A stretch of DNA of 64,000 bases from Phaeosaccion multiseriatum (lineage: Eukaryota; Protista; Ochrophyta, other classes). A program made the translations under genes and the position numbers. The notes under the pieces are model-generated. The model searched no databases. It was not told where the DNA came from and saw nothing but the letters and a program-made list of their open reading frames with translations. Every line of letters starts with the position of its first letter. The first letter of the stretch is position 1. The stretch lies in assembly GCA_965112735.1 (NCBI GenBank), contig OZ218959.1, forward strand, positions 868,001 through 932,000, written 5' to 3'. Below, in pieces: positions 49,600-61,200 of the stretch.

Positions 49600-51405
49600 C
49601 TCTGTCCTCCAACTCGTAAAGCCAAAATTTCGTTCGCTCTTCGCTGCTTAACGCCAAAAAAAGAATGAACTGCGCGCGTCAAGTCAAGTTCCCGCCGCTC
49701 TGTCTCCGCCGCTGGTCGGCCTCTGAAGGCCCACCCTCGCTGACATGCTACCCCCCTCGTAGGTACGTGAGTGCTTGCGTCCTGACTACCCTAACCGTCT
49801 TCCCTCTGTATACCCAACACCCTACTTCTTCACCACTTACCTACATGTCCCTCATACCCCATATCCTATACCCAATACCCCGTACCCAATACCCCATACC
49901 CGTTACCCACTACCCCATACCCAATTCCCTTGTCCCCTACCCCATAACCCATTCCATACCCCATACCCTAAACCCTGGCTCCTCCCAGCTTCGCGGAACG
50001 GGAGAGCGAGCCAAGTCCCGCCCTCCTCCAACCCGTAGCGCGTCAGGTAGCCAAGGAAGGCCAGGTAGCCAAGGAAGGCCAGGTAGCCAAGGAAGGCCAG
50101 AGGGGCTGAGCAAAGCTGGCGCTACGCGCCCCTCCGTCACCCTTGCTTCTCTCCACTGGTCGCTCCCTCTCGAGTCGGAGCTCGGCATGAATCGGCCGCT
50201 GACTAAGCAAGGAAGCTCTCCACCAAAGCGTCTTCCTCCTCTTCCCTCTTCTGCCCCTTCTCCTTCTTGCGCGCCTGCCTCCAGCAGACGCACGCGACAG
50301 ATTCCTTGAGTATGTTGAGGTTTTGAGGTGTGGGGATGACCCCGTTTCTCGTCAAAATGAGGCCCAGGTCTGTCTTTGGCTCTTGTGCGAGCTGCCTTGT
50401 CATGGAGAAAAAAAAATCATGCAGCTTCTCTGGAGTCTGGTGCCTAAAGACCCTGCTGTCGTTGCTGGGCCAGCGGTCGCGCCAAAATTCCTCAGTAATG
50501 AGGTCCCCATTGGGACTGGTGAGAGTCCAGCCAAGGTACCCCCCGCCGTGCAAGGGCATGGCTGTGCTAGCAAGGTGCTCGCGCTCCTTCTGGCTCCAGG
50601 AGGGCATGGCGGTGACGGCCGGGCTCTCCGCCGTGAGCGTTGGTTGGGTGCGCTGAAGCCCACCACTGGCGTGAGGAGCAGCAGCAGTGGAGGGCACCCC
50701 CCGCCGGGAGGGGGGAGTGGAGGGGGGGAGTGAACCACCAGGAGGGTTTACAGTACCATCTGCTGACCTGCAGGAGCAGGTCATGTCGAAGATGGAGCCG
50801 GTCACGTCGCTGGCAGGGTAGGTCCAGTCCACACTAGAGCTGGAGCAGGTGTTGATGCTTTCGTAGACGCCATTGGTGTCTGTGGGCGTGGAGCAGAGCC
50901 CGTGCTTCCGATCCGGAAGCAAAACCCCTCCCTCTTCGTCCGTGGAATTATTTCCTTCTGCTGAGGGACTTGGTGCCAACTTCTTTTGCGGAGTAGTGGG
51001 CGAGCTTCTCAGTCCTGCTTTATCCTCCGGCAAGCACTTGGGTCGTTTGCTGGGCGGCTCACCGCTCTTGATGCCACCGCACTTACCACCAGTTTTGCAT
51101 GGGTCCACGTTCTCCTTATCTTCGACAATTTTTGACCATGCCCTGTCCATCCTCGCCGTGTATTGTGGCATAGACTTACGGGCTGCTCCTGCGTCCATCT
51201 TGCTGTGTGTCGTTCCTCCTCCAAGGTGCTGAAACCAAGAAAATATCTTCCACAGAGATTTTGTGGCCCAAACTGTCAATGGCGTTACTTTTACCGCGTT
51301 CAATGGTCCCTTCCACCAAACTTCAACCAAACTGACATAGATGACGTCATCGTCGAGGGCGAGGCGAATGAGAGCGTAGGCTCTGGCGCCGGACACTATA
51401 TGCAT
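49600..51405 (-). mobile_element. Copy 2 of the unclassified repeat family; the 5' boundary may extend to about 51700
   Basis: The reverse complement is collinear with copy 1; a 73-nt ungapped block (49692-49764 vs 7482-7554) has 61/73 identities by manual count; G-rich array at 49800-49975. Confidence 0.7.
50203..51405 (-). CDS. Intronless unknown protein (up to 400 aa) of the repeat family
   Basis: Long open frame homologous in ordered blocks to 5970-6962; KEN box (DKENVDP); NLS-like PPSKRPK. Confidence 0.68.
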   Translation of the reverse strand: MHIVSGARAYALIRLALDDDVIYVSLVEVWWKGPLNAVKVTPLTVWATKSLWKIFSWFQHLGGGTTHSKMDAGAARKSMPQYTARMDRAWSKIVEDKENVDPCKTGGKCGGIKSGEPPSKRPKCLPEDKAGLRSSPTTPQKKLAPSPSAEGNNSTDEEGGVLLPDRKHGLCSTPTDTNGVYESINTCSSSSVDWTYPASDVTGSIFDMTCSCRSADGTVNPPGGSLPPSTPPSRRGVPSTAAAPHASGGLQRTQPTLTAESPAVTAMPSWSQKEREHLASTAMPLHGGGYLGWTLTSPNGDLITEEFWRDRWPSNDSRVFRHQTPEKLHDFFFSMTRQLAQEPKTDLGLILTRNGVIPTPQNLNILKESVACVCWRQARKKEKGQKREEEEDALVESFLA

Positions 51406-51816
51406 GACCTATTGACTATGGGCGTGGGTCTTGGCAAAAGCTACTGGGCGAAGGAACCGATAGCGCAGCTCTGGCAGCAAGAAATGTGCAGCGGCGCGTC
51501 AGGGGTCGAATGTCAAGTCGCCCAGGTGTCAGTTTTAGAGGAAGCTCCGTAAAAGTTTTGTTCTTTATTTCCCTTTCTATTCCCTCTCTACTATCGCTAC
51601 ATTGTCGACACCTGCTGCTGCTGTTGCAAGCTGCTTTGCCTCAAATCTAATTACAATACACTATTCTTCATACCAACAACATATATACTATACGTGAGCT
51701 GTACCCCTCGCTGCTACAATTTGGCGCCTGCCACTTCGCATGACCCTTACACTTGAGGAGGGCCTGCGTCCGCCCCACTGCCACTGCTGAGGCGGAGCAA
51801 AACCCTCTCCTTCTCC

Positions 51817-52836
51817 TCATGCTATTAAAAATACCTCTTTCTTCAGCGGCTTGCTGCCCTCGCCGTCATGGTCAGCGCTTACAGTATCCACATCACCCTT
51901 TGCTGCTGCGGCTGCTGCGGCTGCTGCCCCTACGGCGGCTGCTGCTGCCTTCCTCGCTGCCCCTCGTGTCTTCCGAACGTTCCTCTCTAGCCGCGCTCCA
52001 TCCTCCGTTTGCGGCTCCAAAATGTCTTCTGTAGCCCGCGCCAATTCCCTGGACTCCGAGCCCTCTTGTCCCCCCTGCTGGACTTGGCTCTGGCTCGTCT
52101 CCCCGATTCTTTGCTGCAGCAGTGCCAGCGCCTCACCCACCCCCTTCCAGTTCATACAGTCCCTGCAGAGAGAGAGAGAGAGAGGGGCGACAGGGGGGGG
52201 TGAGGAGGGAGGCAAAACTCACATACGACTACAAGCCACAAACCAAATCTACATTACACAACCCCAGCTCCTCCCACAATCATTCAGCTCACAGCAGCAC
52301 CGCCGCGTCTCGAAAGGGCGTTCCTCGCACGCACTCACGCACCTTGTGGGAGACCTCCGCACCGTCACCCTGGCCACGAACGTCGCCACCCCGCCCCCCC
52401 CCGGCGTAGCGCCGCCCCTGCCGCGCATCCTGTGTATATCCTCGAGGTAAGCCCCGCAAACCTCGGCCATATCACGCAACTTCTCCAGCGACGCGGCCAG
52501 CTGCTCTGCGGGCAGGCCCTTGGCTCGGCCGTCATCACAAACCCCAACCATATAGAACGCCAGACCAAACCCCTCATTGATCCTCCAGCTCATCTGGGTG
52601 GTGAGCTGCGTCTGACGCTCAGGGGTCGCGGGGGAGACTTGGTACTTGTACTCCACGTTTCCGTCCTCCTGCTCGGGTTGCAAGTCCTCCGCGACCATAA
52701 TCATTGCGCCTGCCATGACACCTTCGCCAGCAGCAGCAGCAGCAGCACTGCCCACCATCTCTGCCCCCCCCACCCCTGTTCCTGCTGCCACGCCCATGCA
52801 ACACGCCGCACTGTCCGGGAACAGCGAGGCAGTCAT
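51817..52836 (-). CDS. Protein with a GTPBP1/GTPBP2-type N-terminal domain but no GTPase domain (exons 52836-52343, 52162-51817)
   Basis: LQPEQEDGNVEYK..RQTQLTTQMSWRINEGFGLAFYMVGVCDDGRAKGL..LAASLEKLRDMA matches the GTPBP1/2 N-terminal region; no P-loop is found downstream. Confidence 0.65.
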
Positions 52837-53386
52837 GCTGCCTTCTCTCTCTGTCAAAACTGCGTGCAACTCTGCACGTCTCCTAAGGCTTCCTCTGCCG
52901 TCTCCCTCCTCCCCCCCTCGCGTATTATCAAAGCTGTCCCTCCTCTGACCCTCGCTTTAGGCTTCCACCCTCTCTCACACGGACCCTTCCACGAACCCTT
53001 CTCTCGAAAGGGACTGCCACCACAAGGAAGGTTACCTATGGGCGCATACCTACATCCCCGCTCCAGCTTAGACCATCCTCAAGTGCCAAGTCTTCATCTC
53101 TGCTACGGGCGCCTACCACAGCCCCATTCCCTCCCCTTTACAAATGCGAATACGACATCTGAATGAAGCGAAAAGGAGTTTCGGCGCCGGCATTTTCGCT
53201 CAGATGGCACTTGATACCCCTTCCTCTCTTCCGATCCTCTTCCCGGATCATCAATATGTAAACGCGAAAAAGAACTCGCTGCACAGATCATTCCACACGG
53301 ACGCTTCTCTCCATACGGATCCTTCCGCGCGAAAGAGACTGTGACCACAAGGAAGTTTAGGGGCCCAAAAAAAAACAAAAAAAAAA

Positions 53387-54374
53387 CAGTGTTGCGAAAT
53401 CATAGAAAAAATCATGATGCAAATCATGAAAATCACAGGATCCGGGCCATGATTTGTTGTATAATGCATCACAGCATGCTCTTTGGGCCAGCTCCACATC
53501 ACATAATGCATAACGTCATGCCCTCATGAGCCGTGATATATAACATCATGCCGCCAAGGAGAGCGCGTGATTTCATCATGAAATCATGCGATGTCATGAT
53601 GCTGTGATGATTTTGGGAATAATGATTTTTAGGAATAATAGTAATATTTTAGCCAAAAAAGAGGCCGATTTTAGTGTGATGTCTCTTGTGATGCATCAGC
53701 TCATGGCCGATGCCGCTGCCGCCGCCGCAGATGAGGTCCTTCCGCGCACTCGCAGTGGTGTTGATCCTGCCGCTACCGCAGCAGGAGGAGGACGAGGGGG
53801 AGGAGGAGGAGGAGGAGGAGGAGGAGGAGGAGGAGGAGGAGGAGGAGAAGGAGGAGGATGAGGAGGAGGAGGAGAAGGAGGCGCCCCCTGGGTTAATACA
53901 AGCTTTTGCGAACGTGTCCTGAGCTCATGATGTTGTCACGGACGGCAATATACTGCTAGACCCGGCGGAGGTGGAGATGGTGTGTGTGCTTCGCATGAAC
54001 AGAGACTTTATGAAGTACATGAGGACCGAGTACAGATCAGGGGATAAGGAGTGGAGGCAGACGCTGGCAGGAAACCGCCTTCCTAGCCTCGATGATCCCT
54101 GATGGAGAGAATAATAGAAGAATAATTAAAAAATTTAATAAAATAATAAAATATCATAAGAAATCACAGCATCATGCGTCATCATGCGTCAACATCATGC
54201 ATCACGTCTTGGTGGTTGGGCCGGCTGGATATCACATAATGCATCATGCCACGCCCGCATTGCTGTGATAATATAACATCATGACTGAGGGAATGGTGCA
54301 TAATGTCATTTGAATGCCATGATTCAATATAATATCATCATCACATCATCGGTTTCTGTGATTTCGCAACACTG
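53387..54374 (+). mobile_element. Internally deleted, non-autonomous hAT DNA transposon (about 990 bp)
   Basis: TIRs CAGTGTTGCGAAATCATAGAAA (53387) and TTTCTGTGATTTCGCAACACTG (ends 54374); flanks AAAAAAAA / AAAAAAAC as a candidate 8-bp TSD; many ATCATG/CATCA subterminal repeats; AT-rich. Confidence 0.9.
53895..54102 (+). pseudogene. Frameshifted remnant of a hAT transposase C-terminal dimerisation domain
   Basis: NTSFCERVLS, then after a frame change HDVVTDGNILLDPAEVEMVCVLRMNRDFMKYMRTEY; fits the hATC S..ER.FS..L motif. Confidence 0.8.
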
Positions 54375-54609
54375 AAAAAAACAGCTTCGCGCACCGCTTG
54401 CCCAAGATCCAGCCCAAATAAAAAAAAGGAGAGGGAGAAGCTATACGGAGCATTGCATAGGCAACTAAGCGCACGCTGGACTGAGATCTGACACTCTTTG
54501 CGCCCCGGAGCGAGAGGAGGCAAGGAAGTGGTCGTAGGAGGAAGTGGTGGGATTTGAGGGAGGGAAGGGTCTGAAGGAGGAGGTGGGATTTGAGGCATCG
54601 AGATCGAGG

Positions 54610-54965
54610 ATGGCGAACCCAGAGCGGAACTTTCGCTTCAGTATCGATCGGGGCGGCACCTTTACGGATGTTTATGCCGAGATTAGCTCCACCGGGAAGC
54701 AGAGGGTGTTAAAATTGTTGAGTGAGGACCCCAGCAACTACGAGGACGCCCCGAGGGAAGGCATACGCAGAATCTTGGAGGTGAGAGCCCAAGGTTCTCC
54801 CTCCCTCTCTATTCCTTCTCACTGCCCCCCCCTCTTTCTCTGTGCCTATCTGTCTCTCCCCCTCTCTTATATCTCCCTCCCTCCTTACCTTTCTCAACCC
54901 CTCCCTTCTCCCTCTCTCCGTGTCTTTCTCTCTCTTGTGCCCACTCTCTCCCACGCTCTCTCGCT

Positions 54966-54998
<33 letters not shown>

Positions 54999-55517
54999 GC
55001 GCGTTCTCTCTGATCTCTATCCTCCTTTTTCTTTTTCCTCTCCCTCTGTCCCCCCCCCTCCTTCCCCCTCTCCCTCTATTTCTCGTCCTCTCTGTCGCTC
55101 GCTCTCTCTCTCGCCCCCTCCCCCCCTCTATATCTGGGTGGCTGGCACGCTCAGGAGGAGACGGGTACGCCGCACCCCCGCGGTGAGCCCCTGGACACCT
55201 CGCGCATCGAGTACATTCGAATGGGCACTACCGTGGCCACCAACGCGCTGCTGGAGAGGAAGGGTGAGCCTTGCGCGTTGGTCATCACCAAGGGCTTTAA
55301 GGACCTCCTCCTCATCGGCAACCAGGTTAGTAGTTTTGTTCAGTTAGTTAATTTGGCCTACATGGGTTAGGGAGCTTGTCCTCCAAGGGATTCACGGTAG
55401 GGCAGAGGAGAGGAGAGGAGGAGCGAGTCTTCGTTAGTCTTCTCGTCAGCCTTCGCCCCGCCCCCGCTTTCGCCGCAGAGGAGAGGCAGATTGGAAATAG
55501 ACCAACTCTTACCCGCC

Positions 55518-55556
<39 letters not shown>

Positions 55557-58251
55557 GCCCGGAGACGTCTGGCAAAGTGAGAGTTTCGGGTATGACTCCC
55601 ACCCCATCCATGGCCTCCCCTCCCCCCCTTCTCTTCCCCTCCCCCAGTCAAGGGCGCTTATCTTCGATCTGGAGATCCACCGGCCCGAGCTGCTGTACCA
55701 GGCAGTGGTGGAGGTGGACGAGAGAGTGGTGCTCAAGAAGGAGGGAGAGGGAGAGGGAGACGCCTACACCTCCTGCACCACAACCCCCACTCAACAGCAA
55801 GGACAACGCACCTCTCCGCCCCCCCCAAGGGAGGTGACCGGCGTGTCTGGAGAGACTGTGAAGGTGCTTAGGTCGCCGGACTTGCTCGCCCTCCGGCCCT
55901 GTCTGCAGGCTGTGCTGGACAGGGGCATCACCTCCCTCGCCGTGCTGTGTCTGCACAGCTATACCTTTGCCGACCACGAACAGGCGAGTGTTGGATGGTA
56001 GGGCGTGGGGATGGGGTTGGTGGTTCGTGGCCGGCAGTTGGCGACGCTTACGGATCTTGGAATGTTCGATTCGTGGCCGGGATGGAGGAAGGGCAGTGTG
56101 GGAGGGGCTGCGGGGCGGGGTGGTTAACAGCCTCTGTGTACTCGCCTGCCTCTTGTCACAGATTCACAAGCCCACTGCCCGCCTCCTCTGACTCTCTTTC
56201 TGGCTCCCTCTGTTTCCCTCTCTCCTCTCTCTGTTTGTCTGTCTCTCTCTCCTCTCTCTCTCTCTCTCCTGTATCAGGCAGTGGGCAAGCTTGCCGAGTC
56301 CATGGGTTTCCAGCACGTGTCTCTCTCAAGCAGCGTCATGCCCATGGTGCGTGCCGTGCCCCGCGGGTACACCACCGCAGCGGACGCGTACCTCACCCCC
56401 ATCCTCGCCAGGTGTGTGTTCAGAGCGAATGACCAACAGGCAGAGCAACAGGCAAGAGAGGGAGAGGGAGCTTACTTCTCCCGTACGTTCCCGAGCTGGC
56501 GCGTAGGCAGATCTGCCCCCCCCGATTGGATTGGATGGCACTGGATGGCCGCGTAAGACAGCGTATCATAAAGGAGCGGCCTGGGCAGGCGGAGGGGAAG
56601 CGAGGGGGTACTAAGCCACCGAGCGCTTGCAGGACTCCGCTTGCCTCTATCCTCAGCTGCGATCTCTTGCCTTGCCTTGCCTTGCTTTGCCTTTGCTTTT
56701 CCTTGCCTGGTACGCGTGCGTGTGCATGCGTATGTGTGTGTCGTGCGTGTGCGTGCGTGTGTGCGTGCGTTCGTGCATGTACAGGTATATGGAGTCCTTC
56801 GCGCAGGGCTTCGACGCGGATTTCAAAGCAAACGTGCAGACGCTCTTCATGCAGAGCGACGGAGGGCTCACACCCATGGACCAGGTGGGTGTAGTTTGTC
56901 AGTGGGTCGGTGGTTGGTTCAGTGTGGGCCGAGGAACACACAGGCACCTCGCAGCTACAGTGCAGCTACAGTGCAGCTACAGTGCCACTATAGGGGGGGA
57001 GGGAGGGAAGTAGGTAGGTAGGCTGGCTGGTAGGTAGTGGGTGGGTAGGTATGTAGGCAAGTAGGCAGATAAGTAGGCAGGTGGGCAAGCTAACACCCGT
57101 GCCATCCTGTGCTTAACCCGTGCAAACCGCCTTCTCACTCTCCTCTCTCCCTTGACAGTTCCGAGGTGCGCGGGCCATTCTCTCTGGGCCGGCGGGGGGC
57201 GTCGTCGGATACGCCATGACGTCACAGCCGCAGCCACAGCCTGGCCAGACGCTGCCATCATCCCGTCCGCAGCCCGTCATCGGTTTTGACATGGGCGGCA
57301 CTTCCACAGACATCTCTCGCTTCGATGGAGCCTACGATCACGTGTTCGAAACCGTCACGGCGGGCGTCACGCTACAGGTGCGGGGGATTGGCGTAGTCAC
57401 CTGGCTGCTTAGGCTTGAGGCTTGGGGCTTGTGTGCTTTGGTTGGGCGTGTAATGGTAGACCCAAGCTTATGCTGTGAGAGCTTCTCTTCCCCCCCTAGT
57501 GCAAAATTTGTGCGCTGTCGGGCGTTGTGTTGGCTCAGTAGAGAGCGAGACAGACGGGACAGACGGGTCGTTGAAGGCCCCTGCCCCTGCCCCTACCCAC
57601 TCATCTTACTCGCCCCACCCCGTGATGCTTTGCAGTCCCCCCAGCTGGACATCAACACGGTGGCGGCGGGGGGCGGCAGTTGTATCTCCTTCTGTAACGG
57701 CATGTTCGTGGTGGGACCCGAGTCGGCAGGGGCGCACCCCGGCCCCGTGAGCTATCGAAAGGGGGGGCCTCTTGCCATGACGGACGCAAATGTGTTCCTG
57801 GGACGCATCCTCCCCAAGGTAAGCTTCTCCCTCTACTCGCTCTACACTTTCTACTCGCTCTCCACTCTCCACTCGCTCTAATCTCTCTACTCGCTCTAAT
57901 CTCTCTACTCTCTCTACTCGCTCTTCTCTCTACTCTCTCTACTCTCTCTACTCGCTCTACTCGCTCTACTCGCTCTACTATCTGTATTAGCTCTACTCTC
58001 TGTATTAGCTCTACTCTTCTTTCTCTCTCTACTCTCTACTCGCTCTACTGGCTCTCCACTCTCCACTCGCTCTACTCTCTCTACTCGCTCTACTCGCTCT
58101 ACTATACTATCTCTACCATACTCTCCTCTGCTACCCTACTTTTTTCTTGCTTGCTTGTGTTGCTTGTGGGGTCTCTTGGGAGGGCATCGCATCGCACGGG
58201 GTCAGGAGCTGGCCTGCTGCCTTTCCTCTTACCGCTGTCTGTCTGCCTGCC

Positions 58252-58291
<40 letters not shown>

Positions 58292-61200
58292 GTCTGTCTG
58301 TCGTCTGTCTTAACTCTCCTGCGTGCCCAATGAACAATACACAACGAATGCGATGCCCCCTTCCACTACCACCAACACGTGCACATGCAGTACTTCCCGT
58401 CCATCTTCGGGCCCAACGAAGACGAGCCCCTCGACCTCAAAGGCGCCACACAGGCCTTCGAGCAGCTCACCGTGCAAGTGAACAAGGAGAGCGGTGGGGG
58501 CAAGGGGGGCTCTGAGCAGCCCAAGACGGCCGACGAGGTGGCGTACGGCTTCATGCGCGTGGCCACGGAAGCAATGTGCAGGTGAAATATCCTAATCCAC
58601 TGCCATCCTCTCTCCCTTCCTTTTAAGAGTCACTGTGAGCTACGCTTATGCTGCGACCTTCCTCCCTCCCTCTATCAGCGGCGCCACCCCCCTCCCTGCT
58701 GTGCTCTCTTTCCTTGCCGTTACCCCCACCCACTGCCATCCCTCTCTGTCCTATTGTGGCCTAAACCATGCACTGCCATCCCTCTCTGTCCTATTGTGGC
58801 CTAAACCATGCACTGCCATCCCTCTCTGTCCTATTGTGGCCTAAACCATGCGCTACCATCCCTCTCTGCCCTCAGGCCCATCCGCAACCTGACGACGATG
58901 CGCGGATTCGACATGGCAAAGCACGCGCTCGCCACCTTCGGGGGGGCGGGGCCGCAGTTCTGCTGCGCCATAGCCAGGTGAGCAAGTGTGCGTGCGGGTG
59001 CGTTGGTCAGTGTGGTTGAGCGTGTAGCCCTCCCGCTGGCCAGTGGCTCTGGCTGCAAAGGCTCGGAGGGAACTGATCCCTTTGTACCATTGTACTCGTC
59101 TTGTCCATTTGTTGTACTTGTCGTGTTTGTTTGTTTGTTCGTTTCTTGTACTTGTCGTGTTCGTTTGCTTGTTTGTTTGTGTGTTTGTTTGTTGTACTCT
59201 TGTACAAGGTGAGTGAACAAGGTGAGCTTAACTTCGCTCTTGTTCTCTTGCTTTGCTATTCTCATTCTCTCTTGCTCTATTTCTTCGCTGTTGCAACTTC
59301 AACTTGCAGAGCGCTGGGAATGCGGCGCATCCTTGTGAACCGCTTCAGCGGAATCTTGTCCGCCTACGGACTCTCCCTTGCTGACGTCGTCGCGGAGGAG
59401 CAGGGTACGTGACTGACTGAGTGTGGGGAATGGACCGGTTGATTCAACGTTTGGTTCAACGGTTGGTTCAACGGACAGGGTAGAGTCTCTGCATTTGACC
59501 TTCGTCTCGACAAGGATGTCATTGCTCCTCATTGCTCCTCAGTGCTCCTGCTTGGCGCCTGTGGGGGGGAAAGGACACCATTGCTCTTTTTTGTACTTCC
59601 ATACCCGACGCGCAAGGAGCGCTTTCGGAGGAGGGAGACGTTCTTCCTCCTTCTTCCTTGCTCGTCCTTCTCTTTCTTCTTTGCTCGTGCTTCTCTCTCT
59701 CCTTGCTCCCTCCCGTGCCTCTCGTGAAGTGCCATCTCGCTCACTCTGCGGCCCTCCTCTCTCAGCCCTCCTGTCCCCTTCGATTGGATTGCCTCCCTGT
59801 TCAATTGTTGCGTCTGTCGCGTTGTCTGTTTGCGTACAGAACCTTGTGCCGCCACTTTCAGTGAAGCAATGGTGGCGAGCGTGGCCAGAGGAAGTGAGGC
59901 TACCAACAGCACCAATGGCCAGACCACTAGTCAGACTGAGACAGCGGAGCAGCCCTTGCCGCCTGATGTTCAGCGACAGATTGATGTGAGTGCTGAGAGT
60001 CACTCGAAAAGGCTCCACCACTTCCCTCTCTCGCCCTCTCTCCATCCCTGCCCCCCTCCCCATCCCCGCTCTTGAGCTTCTGCAATCCCTCTTTTCGCTC
60101 ACGATGCGCCCTCCTCCCCTCGCCCTCCGGTCTTCTCGCTGCCCGCTGTCCCCTCCCTCCCTCCCTCCCTCCCTCCCTCCCGCCTGCCTGCTCTTGACAA
60201 AAGGCGCTGACCCGTGTGGCCACTTCCAAGCTCTTGTCCCAGGGCTTCTCGGAGGCCTCCATCTCTGTGGAGGCCTTCCTCAACATGCGCTTCCAGGGCA
60301 CAGACACCGCCCTCATGACCACGCCCGCACCCACACACGCACCCACGCCCACGCGCGCACCCACACCCGCACCCGCAGGCGACTCCGGTAGCGCAGGCAG
60401 CACGTGTGGGGCCTACATTGGCGCCTTCCTGTCCAACTACCACCGAGAGTTCGGCTTCCTGCTCAGCGAGAGGCCGGTGGTGCTTGACGATGTCAGGGTA
60501 CGCGCTGTGGGCACAAGCCCGCCCTCGACCCGCCCGCCCATCGCCTCGGCTCTCGGTCCTGGCACCTCTGACGCCCCTTCCCCTCTGCCCTCGGACTCGG
60601 CCCTTGTGTATTGGGACGGGCTCGGGAGGGTGGACACGAGTGTGTTCCGCCTGGAGGACCTCCTGGCAGGTAGGGAGAGGGAAGGGGAGGGGAGGGGAGG
60701 GGGATGAGTGGGGAGGGTAGACTGGAAGGGCTGTGGGGGGGCCCTTTGCTTGCCTCTTTCGCCTTGTCTTGTGTCGTTGGCTGTGTCGTTGCGTCTCTTT
60801 CTCTCTCGCACTCCCTCCCTCCCCCCCGACTGAAGCCCCTGTCCTGACACCTCTCACTGCACTGCAGTCCCCTCTTCCCCTCTTGGCGACGACCACCCCC
60901 TCTACCCCCTCTTCGTGTTGTGTTGTTGTTGTACTGTGACCGGACCACTTCCTCTCCATGCTCTGTCCACGCTTTCTCTTCATGCTCTCTCTCTACGCCC
61001 TGACCAGGACACGTTGTGGCAGGCCCTGCTATCATCATCCAGGGCACCTCCACTGTGGCCGTGGAGCCCGACTGCGTGGCGAGGGTGACTGCCCTCGGGG
61101 ACCTCGAGATCACCGTGGGGATGGCAGAGGATGGGGAGGGGATGGTAGTGGACGGGGAGGGAGGGTCGTCACAGCTGTCGACGACTACGACTCTGTCGAC

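Noticed and set aside
50203-51405. Element ORF as Fanzor/TnpB with a downstream omegaRNA
   Set aside because: The ORF-plus-conserved-3'-ncDNA layout is reminiscent, but no RuvC D/E/D motifs or CxxC zinc finger are visible in either copy.
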